In this document: positions 1 through 10,600 of the stretch, in pieces
How the letters are laid out: each line of letters begins with the position of its first letter
How positions within the stretch are numbered: position 1 is the stretch's first letter
Source of the DNA: Cenarchaeum sp.
GTDB lineage: Archaea > Thermoproteota > Nitrososphaeria > Nitrososphaerales > Nitrosopumilaceae
Assembly: GCA_965242695.1 (NCBI GenBank)
Contig: CBDESU010000001.1
Coordinates: 128,001-192,000, forward strand
Length of the DNA stretch: 64,000 nt
Reading direction: 5' to 3'
The notes under the pieces: model-generated
Told to the model about the DNA's origin: nothing
Databases searched by the model: none
Seen by the model: the letters and a program-made list of their open reading frames with translations, nothing else
Translations under genes and position numbers: made by a program

Positions 1-299
1 CCAGTTCGACTAGGGTGCCCGCCCTTCGCCGCCGCCGAACTGCGTCGCGGCGTCGGGCGGAACGGGACGGCCGCCAGCAGGGGCCGCAGATCCTGATGGC
101 CGCAGCCTGACCCTCCCCGCACACGACCCGTCGACCGTCAACGGAACGATGCTAACCCGTACCGTGATGCCGAGCGATCTCCACTTCCCGCACGCCCTTC
201 CCCCGTGCTTTTCCATGCCATTGACGGCCCAAACGCGCACGCCGCCGCCGGCCGCTACCCATAAATCAGGCCCGTCTCAACCCGTTGCGGCGGCAAAGT

Positions 300-2024
300 A
301 TGGCGGTTGCAGACGCGGCGGTTGCGGACATGTTCCGCGTGGATCAGAAGCGGGTCAGAATGCTCAACCCCTACGAGGCCGTCGACCTTGCCGCCCGGCT
401 CATACGCGCCGACGCGTCTGCCTCTGGAATACCATCCTATGTCGTCGACATACCGTTGAACATTACGGCCCCCAACGGGGGCGTCAACGGCACGGCCTCG
501 GACTCGCCGCGCCAGAGCGCCCGCGGTCTTGTCAAGAGGGGGACGACCGCGTACCTGTTCCGCACGGGCGCGTTCTCTCCCGGATCATCCATTGCCCGCA
601 TCCTGTTTACCCGGCAGGGTGAGGTAAAGCCCCGCATACGGTCGTGCATCGAGAGGGGCGGCACGCTGGTCGCCCTGCTGTTCGGCTGGGAAGGCACGGA
701 CCGCATGGACGACGATGCGCTGTCCGAAAGGTTCAAGATGGCCCTTGCGTCAAAGTCGGGCGCGCTGTCAGGCGCCAGTGTAGACGTGTGGGGCCTGGCC
801 AGGATCGTCGCATCCATAGAGCAGTTTCCGGGGCTTGCCGCCAGCGTGAGCGGCGGAATCCCGGCCGGCATGCCTGTGATGAGCCACAGCAGATGGTCTT
901 GCGTCCTTGATATGAAGCAGCCGTTCCGGCACGGCAAGGCCGAGGACGGCGCAGTCGAACGGATCAGGGCCCACCTGCGCGGCGGCGGCGACGCGCCAGT
1001 CCATGTAAGGGTGTCGGGGCCTCCCGGGTCGGGCAAGAGTCGGCTGGTCCTAGAGGCCACGCGCGCCGTCGACCTTGCCCCCCGCGTTGTATACGCGGAC
1101 GATGCGTCGGTTGCAATGTCCGCCATCGCGGCACACAGTCGGCGCGCGGGCGGCGCGGGCGGCAGAAGGCTGATCCTCGTGGCCGACGAGTGCAACCCGT
1201 CCGGCCAATCCGACCTGCGGCTCGCTCTTGGGGGAGGCGGGGATGCGGTAGCGGATCTGGTAACGATATACAGCGAGCCCGGAGCCGACGTCCGCACTGC
1301 ACTGCAGGTGGAGGCGCCGGACATGTCCGACGAGCAGATCGCCGAGATACTCGAAGGCTACGCGGGGGGCGGCATCGACGACATAGAGGAATGGGTCGCG
1401 CTCTGCCGGCCCTCCCCGCGCGCCGCCCATATAGTGGGGCGAAACCTGTCCGACAACCCTGACGACATGTTTGCGGATCCTGATGCCGTCCTGGCATGGG
1501 AGCGCTACGTAGCGGGGTGGAGAGAGCTGCGCGGAGGGGAGTACAGGGACAGGCTTGCCGTCCTGCCCTGGCTCGGCCAGTTTACCGAGTTCGGGTTCGA
1601 CGCGCCGCACAAGCGCGACGGAGAACGGATAGCCGAGCTTGTGCGCAGGCACCACCCGGAGATCACCCCGTACAGGTTCCGGGAGGTTGTCCGGACGCTG
1701 CGCTCCATGGGGGTGCTGCGGGGCGGCCCCGTCCTGCACATAGAGCCGCGCATACTGCACGAGTACATGTGGCTCAAGTGGTGGGAGCGCTACCTGCCAT
1801 GCGATGCGCCTTGGCTGCCTCCGGGGAACGAGGGGGGCGAAGGGGACGGCGCCAATGCACATGGAGAGGGAACCGCGGGACATCTGCCGGCCCTGCGCAG
1901 CCGGTACTACAGCATGTTGGAAAGCATGAGGGGCAGGAAGTATGCGGCGCGCGCGGCCGGGGCGCTGTTCGGCAAGGGCGGGCCGCTCGAGGAGGGCGCG
2001 GCATCCGGCGGCGGGACGGGCTAG
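300..2024 (+). CDS. STAND-like P-loop NTPase with an N-terminal degenerate nuclease-like domain (putative defence protein), apparently lacking a C-terminal repeat region
   Basis: Walker A SGPPGSGKS and Walker B LILVADEC. N-terminal 'ITAPNGGVNG' segment. Colinear paralog at 57743-59421. AT-rich box ATAAAT at ~261; ATG 300 chosen (330 also possible). Confidence 0.6.
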   Translation: MAVADAAVADMFRVDQKRVRMLNPYEAVDLAARLIRADASASGIPSYVVDIPLNITAPNGGVNGTASDSPRQSARGLVKRGTTAYLFRTGAFSPGSSIARILFTRQGEVKPRIRSCIERGGTLVALLFGWEGTDRMDDDALSERFKMALASKSGALSGASVDVWGLARIVASIEQFPGLAASVSGGIPAGMPVMSHSRWSCVLDMKQPFRHGKAEDGAVERIRAHLRGGGDAPVHVRVSGPPGSGKSRLVLEATRAVDLAPRVVYADDASVAMSAIAAHSRRAGGAGGRRLILVADECNPSGQSDLRLALGGGGDAVADLVTIYSEPGADVRTALQVEAPDMSDEQIAEILEGYAGGGIDDIEEWVALCRPSPRAAHIVGRNLSDNPDDMFADPDAVLAWERYVAGWRELRGGEYRDRLAVLPWLGQFTEFGFDAPHKRDGERIAELVRRHHPEITPYRFREVVRTLRSMGVLRGGPVLHIEPRILHEYMWLKWWERYLPCDAPWLPPGNEGGEGDGANAHGEGTAGHLPALRSRYYSMLESMRGRKYAARAAGALFGKGGPLEEGAASGGGTG

Positions 2025-2269
2025 CGTCTTTTCGGCCGCCGCCGGGTATGCGGAGGTGGCCGCGGCAGATGCCGGCAACGAGCTCTGCGATGCGCTCGAC
2101 GCTGCGCCCTGCACTGGGACTGCCGGAGATTCTGCTGGATGGCCGCCTGTCTGTCCCGGCGGGGGCCACGCGGGCGCGCCGCGCCCCTGCTCTCCGGGTA
2201 GGGTACTACGCGGGCGCATCCCCTGGAAGGGCTAGTAGCGCCGCGCCCTAGGCTCTCGCCCGCCGCGCG

Positions 2270-3048
2270 CTACGTCCGGCGCACGTTTGCATAGAACAGC
2301 TCTTGGTCGTGCTCGAGCATGTCCCTCGGCGAGCTGCCGCGCCACCCGAAGCGGTCCATGATCTCCAGGGTCTTGTCGAGCGCGATGCGCCCGCACAGGT
2401 CTGTGTCCAGGCAGGAGACGACCGGCGCGGGCCCGAGCTCGATGCGGTCATCGCGCGATGCGTACTCCCTGAAGAACTCGATCCTCCCCTCGCCTAGCAT
2501 CCTCAGCACCCTGCCTCCCATGCCGTCAAGGGACACGGAGACGGCGTACTCCCTTTCGGTGTCGGTGGCCAGGTCGGACGCGAACGCAAACGTCTCGCTC
2601 ATGGTGTACAGCGTCCATACCGGCTCCAGGTACCTCGGGAGCGGGCCGTCCGGCACCCGAAAGGATGCGCGGTGCGGGGCCGGGGACGCATCCTCGGCGA
2701 GGGCCGTGCGCTCCTTGAACCGCCCGTCGCAGTAAAACCTCCACACGCTCGTGCGCCCGAACGCATCGTGGCATGCCTCCGTGTAGGACGGCGTGGTGCG
2801 CGCCGTCCCGTACGGCCCGTCGCCCGGGGCGGATACGCGAACCCGCTGTATGCGACCTGGCAGTTGGCCACGATCCCTGCCAGATCTTCCGGCCGGTAGT
2901 CGCAGGGGGCGGAGCGGGGCTGCATGGATATTGTGCAGTGCCCCTGCCTGGTGATCTTTTCGAGTATGCCGCTCGGACTCGCAGGCTTTTGATCCTGCGT
3001 TTGCTTGCGCCCGTCAAGGCACACGGTTGAGTCCTCTTTGCAGTTCAT
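2270..3048 (-). pseudogene. Hypothetical protein split by one frameshift at ~2825
   Basis: ORF 2599-3048 (..CQVAYSGFAYP) continues in the frame of ORF 2270-2746 (GDGPYG..VWRFY..LYTMSETFAFASDL) if one base is restored in the CCCCGGG run. AGGAGGT precedes ATG 3048. The shift may be a sequencing indel. Confidence 0.5.
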
Positions 3049-3786
3049 GGACCTCCTACCTCCACCTCGTATTGGGCATCATGCTCGCCGTCGGGCATGT
3101 CGCACGGCCAGGCGCACTGCCTGTGCATGCGGCGATGCCGCTTAGCTTCCGCCGGATGAACAGGCTCGCGCATGCCGGCATGCTCGAGCCGATCCGCGCC
3201 CTCGGCCTTGAGCCTTGGGCGGCGGTGGATGGAGCCGCGCCGAAGGCAGCCTCTGCACGACCTTCTGTCGTCCCTCTCGCAGGCGATCGGAGTCTCTTTG
3301 GACCCGCTCGCATCCTAGGCGACAAAGTGCCTTTCTGAGCGGGCGGCCTTGCGCATTTCAACACCGGCCGGCGCCTCGGCATGCCCGTTTATAGCAATTC
3401 TGTCCAAATTCCAGGCTCCCTGTCGAGCCGCCCCTCGATCATGTGTTGCGACTGTATTGCCGCATGCTCAATCAGGCGACAGGGCTGTGGCACCCCTCCC
3501 CCGCTTGAGCTTTTTGGCCGTCGGCCCCCCTTGCGTCCTGTGCGCCAGCTGCCGGCGATCACGTGCCGGCAAACCTCCGGCATGTACGGGCTACGCCCGC
3601 CATCGCACCCGCCCTTCCTTGCCGCTTCCCTGCCCGACACTAGCCCCCTCCCCTATGCGCCGAATTGCCGCACCGGATCGGGCGCTGCGGGAAGGCGTGC
3701 GGGCGTGCGCCGGATCCGCGCCGGATCCGGCCCCCAATTCCCGCGCCGCCGCAACGCGGTTATACGCCCACATGCGGCCGGCCGCG

Positions 3787-4986
3787 TTGGAGTACGACAA
3801 GATAGCCCTTGCAAACGTCGGGCCGATCAGGGATGGGATCATCCACAGGGACAAGATGAGCGTGTTCATAGGCCCAAACAACGCCGGCAAGACGATTGCC
3901 GCCAGGATCATACACGGAGTATGCCAAGCGGCCGAGCCGGGGCGGCGGCGACGCCGGCCGGCCCCGGCCGGATCCGCGTCTCCGTCGGGCAGGGGACGCG
4001 GAAACGCGACCGAGTCCGCCGCGGATGCCATAACGGTGATCCGCCATGCGGGGCTGCGGCCAGACGACCTGCCTACGCACGGCAGGAGGACGTCGTCGCT
4101 ATCCGTGCACGGCCCGAGCGGGCGGAAAAGAAGGCTCGATCTTATGTCCGCCGGGGACAGCCCCCTGGCCCGCAGCGTGTCTCTTGCAGAGGATCACGGC
4201 GGGGGCGACGCAGGGCGGAGCGTGTACCTCCCGGCGACCCGGGCGGGCGGAATCCGGCACATAATGAACAGCATGAGGACGATCGGGAGGATTGCCAACA
4301 TACAGAGCAACATGCTCAACCAGATGCTGGCGGCGGCCGGGGCGGGGGTGCAAGCCTTCCGGTCAGGATCATCGCATGCCGACACTGCTGGCCAGCTGCT
4401 TGCAGAAGCCCCCGTGGACGGCCTGGAACAGTACGTCGGCATAGTGATGGAAGTTCTGGAGGGCGGGCTCGACGAAAAGGCGCAGGGCACTCTTGGCAGG
4501 CTGCTTCCGGGCTCGATCCAGGTCGAGGAGCGCCTTGGCATGCCCGTCGTCACATACGCGGATCCGTCGGGACACCGCGCCGAGATCGGGCACGCCGGCT
4601 CGGGCGCAGGCTCGCTGCTCGCGCTGGCCGCGGGGATGCACCGGGTGGGGCCGGGAGGTACCTTCATAGTGGAAGAGCCCGAGTCCCACCTGGAGCCGCA
4701 GGCGCAGCTCGCAGTGATCGACGAGATGCTGCGCGCCGCCGACGAGAACAAGATCGGCGTGGTGATCACCACCCAGAGCGACTTTCTGGTGCAAAAGGTG
4801 CTGTCGCTGGTGTCGAGCGGGCGCATGGACAGATCCGACCTGGGCCTGTACTACTTTGACCGGCCGCCCGGCAAGCTCACGAGCGTCCAGAGGCTGCGCG
4901 TGGACGAGACCGGCGAGGCCGAGCAGGAGATGTCCACAAGGGCGATCAATTCGCTGATCGCCGGGTTCTCGGGGCCGACTGCATGA
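3787..4986 (+). CDS. ABC-type ATPase of the AAA_15/AAA_21 (AbiEii/OLD-like) class
   Basis: N-terminal IALANVGPI, Walker A GPNNAGKT, signature-like AGSG, Walker B FIVEEPESHLEP, switch region ITTQSD. TTG start lies ~23 nt after TTATA at 3760. Confidence 0.75.
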   Translation: MEYDKIALANVGPIRDGIIHRDKMSVFIGPNNAGKTIAARIIHGVCQAAEPGRRRRRPAPAGSASPSGRGRGNATESAADAITVIRHAGLRPDDLPTHGRRTSSLSVHGPSGRKRRLDLMSAGDSPLARSVSLAEDHGGGDAGRSVYLPATRAGGIRHIMNSMRTIGRIANIQSNMLNQMLAAAGAGVQAFRSGSSHADTAGQLLAEAPVDGLEQYVGIVMEVLEGGLDEKAQGTLGRLLPGSIQVEERLGMPVVTYADPSGHRAEIGHAGSGAGSLLALAAGMHRVGPGGTFIVEEPESHLEPQAQLAVIDEMLRAADENKIGVVITTQSDFLVQKVLSLVSSGRMDRSDLGLYYFDRPPGKLTSVQRLRVDETGEAEQEMSTRAINSLIAGFSGPTA

Positions 4987-5237
4987 TTCAGATGTCCAGC
5001 GCGGCACCCGTCGTCGATGCAAGCATGCTGCCGACGATCGCAAGGGACGGCGGCTCTAGCGTCCTGGCGGCCGCGCTCTGCCAGTGGATATCCTCGGTGG
5101 CACAGAGGACCTGGCCGAGGCCGCGCTCTCGAGCGGTTGCGGCCGGGCAGGCTGGCCTGCCGGCCGTGCAGTGTGCTGGCCTCCCAGAGGCGTGCGGGAC
5201 GCCGCCAAGGCCGGGAGCCGGCCGGCGCCGGCCCTGA
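4983..5237 (+). other. Short ORF coupled to the ATPase; possible degenerate partner gene
   Basis: ATGA overlap with the ATPase stop. VVDASML resembles a PIN-domain first strand, but the rest is unrecognisable. Confidence 0.25.
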
Positions 5238-5746
5238 CGTAGCGGCGCACCCCGCCGCAATCTACTGCGCACCTGCGTCTCCTGGCGGGCCGGATTCCCA
5301 CACGCGACGCGCCGGGCTCCATGCGATGCGGGCGCGGCCGCCCGGCACCCTATCCCCGCGTCCCGCCTGTCGCAGTCCTGCGCGGCCTGCACCAGCCTGC
5401 GCGCAAGGTGCGGGAACGTGCCGCCTGCGCGACCGGGCGCCCCGCGCGGGTCGATGCGAGCCGCCTTGACCATGCCGTCCGCCCCTGTAGCCGCGATCCT
5501 CCCTGCAGCCGGTCTCCTGCGCCCTGCGGTGCGGACGCCCTGCCGCCGCCTGCCGCCGCCCGGGCCTCGACTCGCCCCCCCCCGGCCCTGGCGCGCCCAT
5601 GCCGCGCCTCCTGCCCCCTTGCGATCGCCCCCCGCCCCCCCCCCTGCGCCGCCTCCGCCCGCAGGCATCCCTCTCCCCTCGGCCCCCCGCGCCGCGCGCC
5701 CGCGCGACAGCCTTTAATACAAGCCGTGCCGAGTTGAGTTGCACGA

Positions 5747-6055
5747 ATGGCGGTAATATGCAACACCTGCGGCCTCCCAGAGGACCTGTGCGCATGCGGG
5801 GACTTGGCAAAGGACAGCGCCAAGATCATCATACGGCTCGAGACGCGCCGCTTTCGGAAGAAGGGTACGATGATAGACGGCCTGGACCCAAAGATGCACA
5901 ACCTTGACGACGTCGCCAAGGAGCTCAAGAACAAGTACGCCTGCGGGGGGACCGCCAAGGAGGGCTACGTGTTCCTCCAGGGCGACCACCGCGACACGAT
6001 CAAGGAAGAGCTCGTCCGCCTCGGCTTTGCCGAGTCGAGCATAGAGCTGCACTAG
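5747..6055 (+). CDS. Translation initiation factor SUI1/aIF1 homologue (YciH family)
   Basis: CNTCGLPEDLCAC zinc motif, ACGGT and LQGDHRD motifs. TATA-like TTTAATA at 5713. Confidence 0.93.
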   Translation: MAVICNTCGLPEDLCACGDLAKDSAKIIIRLETRRFRKKGTMIDGLDPKMHNLDDVAKELKNKYACGGTAKEGYVFLQGDHRDTIKEELVRLGFAESSIELH

Positions 6056-6083
6056 GCGCGGCCGCCCCTGCGGGTGCTGTGCC

Positions 6084-7292
6084 ATGCCGGATGCAGGCGG
6101 GGACGGGAGAGGCGCGGGCGGCCCGGCCGCGGCGCGCGCCGCGAGGCTGCTAGCCGTCCCGCACTCGGCCATGGTGTCCGTCGTGTTCGGGATGATGGCC
6201 CTCTCGTTCCCGCTCGGCGCATACGTCGTGTTCTCGACCTCCTGGCCCGGCGGCGGGATCGTCGACCACGGCTACCCGATCGGCTCGCTCGGCCTGTTCG
6301 CCGCCGGCCTGGGATTCGAGGTGCCCGCCGCCGGCGTGCGCCTCGGCGATGCCTTTACTGCACTGTGGTGCGCGTACGCCGCGCTCTTTGCGCTCGCCGC
6401 GCTCGGCCCCTGCCGCGGGCTGTACGCCGAGCTGTCGGCTGCGATGGGGCACTCGGGCCGGAATCGCGCCGGGGCGGGCGTGTACAGCGGGGGGCGGCCC
6501 ACATGCGAGAACTACATGCATGCGGCCGTCCGGTGGTTCGCCGTGCTGGTGCTCGCCTCGGCCGCGATCGCAACCCTCCAGGCGCATGCGGGGGTGCCGG
6601 CGGCCGAGCCGCCGGCCGGCGACGAGATGCTGCGGTTCTTCGAGGCCGCAAAGGCGCCGATCGCCGAGGAGATCGGCTTTCGCGTCGCGCTGATCGGCGT
6701 TCCCCTCTTCCTTGCATGCGCCGGCGCGGCGTCCGTACGGTCGCTTGCGCGAGTACTGTGGCACCCGCACCGGCACCTGCCGCGCACGCGGCGGACGCGC
6801 CGCGCCGCGGCGGCGCTCATCGCGGGCACTGCAGTGTTCTTTGGCGCAGCGCACGTGCTGTCCGGCGAGCCGTGGGGCATCGGCAAGCTGGCTCAGGCGA
6901 CCGCAAGCGGCGCGATACTCGGGTGGGTGTACTACCGGCACGGGCTTGCGCCGGCAATACTCGTGCACTGGGCGGCAAACTACTTTGTCTTTTCGTACGC
7001 GTACTATGCGGCCCTGGCCACTTCCACGACGGCGGCCGCTGCGTTTGACCATCCGATGCTGCGCACGCTAGAGGGCGTGTTCGTTGCGGCAGGCGCGGTC
7101 GCGCTTGCCCTGATCGTGCTCGGGCGGATGGCGGAGAGGAGGGGGCGGGCGCCGCGCGGCGGCGACGGCAGCGATGGGGGAGGCGCGAAGCTGTACGCCC
7201 TGCCGGCGCTGGCGCCTCCCCCCGACCTGGCCGCACCGCCGTGGATGGGGCAGCCGCCGCCGGAGCAGGGACGGGAGCTGCGGTCGGGCTAG
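6084..7292 (+). CDS. CPBP (CAAX/Abi) family intramembrane glutamic endopeptidase
   Basis: Several TM segments; motifs APIAEEIGFR, FGAAH and ILVHWAAN. Confidence 0.85.
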   Translation: MPDAGGDGRGAGGPAAARAARLLAVPHSAMVSVVFGMMALSFPLGAYVVFSTSWPGGGIVDHGYPIGSLGLFAAGLGFEVPAAGVRLGDAFTALWCAYAALFALAALGPCRGLYAELSAAMGHSGRNRAGAGVYSGGRPTCENYMHAAVRWFAVLVLASAAIATLQAHAGVPAAEPPAGDEMLRFFEAAKAPIAEEIGFRVALIGVPLFLACAGAASVRSLARVLWHPHRHLPRTRRTRRAAAALIAGTAVFFGAAHVLSGEPWGIGKLAQATASGAILGWVYYRHGLAPAILVHWAANYFVFSYAYYAALATSTTAAAAFDHPMLRTLEGVFVAAGAVALALIVLGRMAERRGRAPRGGDGSDGGGAKLYALPALAPPPDLAAPPWMGQPPPEQGRELRSG

Positions 7293-7647
7293 GAGGCGGG
7301 GGCGGCATTCGCGCCGCCGCGGATATTTCAGCTGGAGTGCCGGGCCGTCGACGGTGCGGCTGCGCCGGGCAGCAGGGGGCGAGGCGGCGCCCGTGTGGGC
7401 GGCAAGCACATGCTCCCAGGCTGTCGCCATCTGCGCCGGGCAGCAGGGGGCGAGGCGGCGCCAGACATCGCCTGTCTGCAGGGCAGCGGCGGCGCCTCGG
7501 CCGCCTCGCTAGCAACTGCCGACTTCTGGTCCTAGCGCCTGGCGCGGGAAGGGAATGGAGACGGCGCAGCCGCCTACTCTTCCGCCTGAGGCGTGGCCGA
7601 CGGCGGGCGCAATGCTGCCCGCCGCGGCCGCCGCTGCGCCGATATAC

Positions 7648-7698
7648 TAAATAATACGGGGGGGGGGGGGGCGCCGCCAACGGAGCAGAGGCAAGTTG
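7648..7698 (+). promoter_or_regulatory. Promoter of surface protein 1: TAAATAAT box, G14 tract (7658-7671), conserved CGCCGCCAACGGAGCAG.GGCAAG, TTG start
   Basis: The same element recurs at 16270-16318 and 22335-22382, ahead of the paralogs. Confidence 0.7.
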
Positions 7699-10600
7699 AA
7701 CCGTCATAGCATCTCACCGGATCGACTGCGATCGCCGTTGCCTGCCGCGGGCGGGTACCGAGGGGGGGGGGTGGCGGCCGCGGCAGCCTGCCTAGCCGTC
7801 TCCGCCTGTCTAGGGGCATCGGCGCTACATCCGCACGCGGCGCTGGATGCCGCCGTGTCCAGCGCCTTGGCGCCCTTGCCGTAGCCGCCTTGGCGATCGC
7901 CCTGGCCGCCTCGTTGCCGCAGCCGGCGATCTGGGACGGCGTTGCCGTTGGCGGCGGCAGTCTGCTAGCCCTGCATATGGACCGCGCCGCCCCCGATGGT
8001 GCCCTCTCGTGGCCTGCGCCGATGCAGCAGATGCTGCTTTTGCCGGCAGCGCATGCAAACCACCCGGCCGCGTATGGCGACTACTATTGGCCGTGCTACT
8101 GGTATCCCAGGACCGACCCCAGCGGCATAGGAAACGCGCACTCGCCCACCTTGGAGTTTTACAACACATCCGCCAACAGCGCGTACAGTGACGGCTACGG
8201 CGCCACGTACAAGATCGGCGACAACATCACCATCCGTAGTAGGGATAGCGCAGTAAACCACGCCGGGTCCGTCTATCCACACACGCGGCTTGCGCTCGAG
8301 ACGGGGGACGTCGACCGGTTTGCCGTCTATTCGTGGCACGACAGCAATAGCGTGGTCTACTACAGGTACACCGTCCAGCCTGGCGACTATTCCGACGATC
8401 TGGGCTACAGGGCGTCCACTGAGGCGGCGTGGGGGGGAGCGATGCACTGGGGGAACCCACGTGGGGACCCCTACCATAAAAACGCGCTTGACTACAGCAG
8501 CCGCACTGAGGCCCAAAAGAAAGCGGCCAACTGCTGGCTGTCGACCCCGGGCGCCTCGGACTACACGCCTCAACTGCCTTCCACCAGTGTTCCCAATCCC
8601 CCAACCGTGCCGTCGCTATCGTTTAAGTACGATGTCGTAGTCGACGGCATCATACCGCGCGTCGAGAACGTCACAATGGCGAGCGGCGCGTACGGGGCGG
8701 GCTCGCAGCTCAACGTCACCGTCAACCTTGCCGAGCCGGTCTTCGCGTACGGGCCGCCGCCGTCGCTGGTCCTTGCGCTTGACGGCGGGAACAGGACGAT
8801 CCCGTACCTGGATGGCAACGAGACGAGATCGCTCGTATTCAGATACATGGTCATGGCGGACGACCTTGCAGACGGCCTGGACTATGCGGGGGCGGGCGCC
8901 CTCGTCCCTGCGGCAGGCGGCATCCTGACGGACTATGCCGGCAACAACGCGAGCCTGGCGCTGCCCGAGCCGGGATCGCCCGGCTCGCTCGGCGCGACCT
9001 CTAACGTCAGCATAACTGCCGCATCGGGGGTGGTGGCGGCGGTCGGCTCGCCCCTGCCCGACGGCACGTACCCCGCGGGATACAGGATCGAGGTGGCCGT
9101 CAACTTTACCGAGCCCGTCGTATACTCGGGCGCGGCTCCGCCGTCGCTGGTACTCAACTTCAGCGGCTCTAACCGGACGGCCTCTTACATGTCGGGCAAC
9201 GACACGCGGTCGCTCGTGTTCGAATACACGGTGCAGCCCGGCGACCCGCGGGTCGCACGCCTGGACTATGCGGGGGCAAGCGCGCTGCAGGCCGGCACTG
9301 GCCTGAGCGACAGGGCCGGCGATTCCGTCGATATAGTCCTGCCATGGCAGAGCGGGGCAGGACAGCTCGGCAGCTCGCACAGCATCGCGATAGACGCGGC
9401 GGCGGCCGCATACGTCACGGCGGTCGGCTCGCCCGGCGGCGACTCTGCGTACAAGCTAGACGACACCGTCCGCATCGCTGTCGACTTTTCGGCCCCCGTC
9501 GCCGTCGCGGGCGCGCCGGCGCTTGCGCTTGCGACCGATCCGCCGCGCAGCGCCTCGTACGCGGGCGGCAGCGGCACCGGCACCCTAGAGTTCAACTATA
9601 CAGTGCGGCAGGGCGATGCCGTTGCCGGCCTGGACTATGCCGGCGTCAGGGCCCTGTCACTGGAGGACGGCGCGTCGATACGCCTTGACGCGCAGGGCGG
9701 AGGCGGCCCGGCCGCCCTCTTGGCCCTGCCGGCGCCAAGCGGCCCGGGCTCGCTCGGACGCGCCCTGGACATTGCAATAGACGGCGCCGCGCCGAATGTG
9801 ACGGGCGTCGAGTCGGCGAGCCCCGACGGCACGTACGGCACGGGCCGGATCGTCGCCATTACCGTAACCTTTGACGAGCCCGTGGTCGTCGAGGGCTCGC
9901 CAGAGCTGAGGCTTGCGACCGTGCCGCCGCGCAGCGCCTCGTACGCGGGCGGCACCGGCACGGCAGAGCTGGCGTTCTGGTATGCGGTGCAGCCGGGCGA
10001 CTCGGCGCCCCGCCTAGAGTACGCGGGGGATGATGCACTCGACTTGGGCGGCGGCGCCTCGTCGATCCGAGATGCCGCCGGCAACGCCGCAAACCTGACC
10101 ATGCCGGCCCCCGGGTCGAACCGCTCGCTGGGCGTCTCGGCAAGCATCGACGTGCACGGGCACGAGGCGCCGATGATTGCCGCGGCCGGCCGCGCCGGCA
10201 GCGATTCGCCCAACGGCGTGGCGGCCTTTGAGCTGAACGGCACCACGTACGCCGCCGTTGCAGCGTCTCACTACGGCGCCAATTCTCAAACTGGTCAGGG
10301 TGGCGGCGGCGTGCAGCTGTTCCGCGTGGACGGCAGCGGCGCGCTGGCCGCCGCCGGCGTGATCAGAGACGATCAGGATGCGCCAGGCCTTGCAGTAGTC
10401 GTCGATATCGATGCGCTCACCGTGGGCGACACCACATACCTCGCCACGGCGTCATGGGATGCACACGGCGTGCAGCTGGTCCTTGTGGACGGCGGCGGCG
10501 CCCTCTCGGCGGGGGGGCGGGCGCAAAACGGCGTAGGCGGCTTCGATACGCTCTACGGATCGGAGGGTGTCGACGTCTTTGCCATGAACGGCACCGTGTA

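Noticed and set aside
7360-7462. Mini-CRISPR
   Set aside because: Only two GC-rich copies, with no leader or cas genes.
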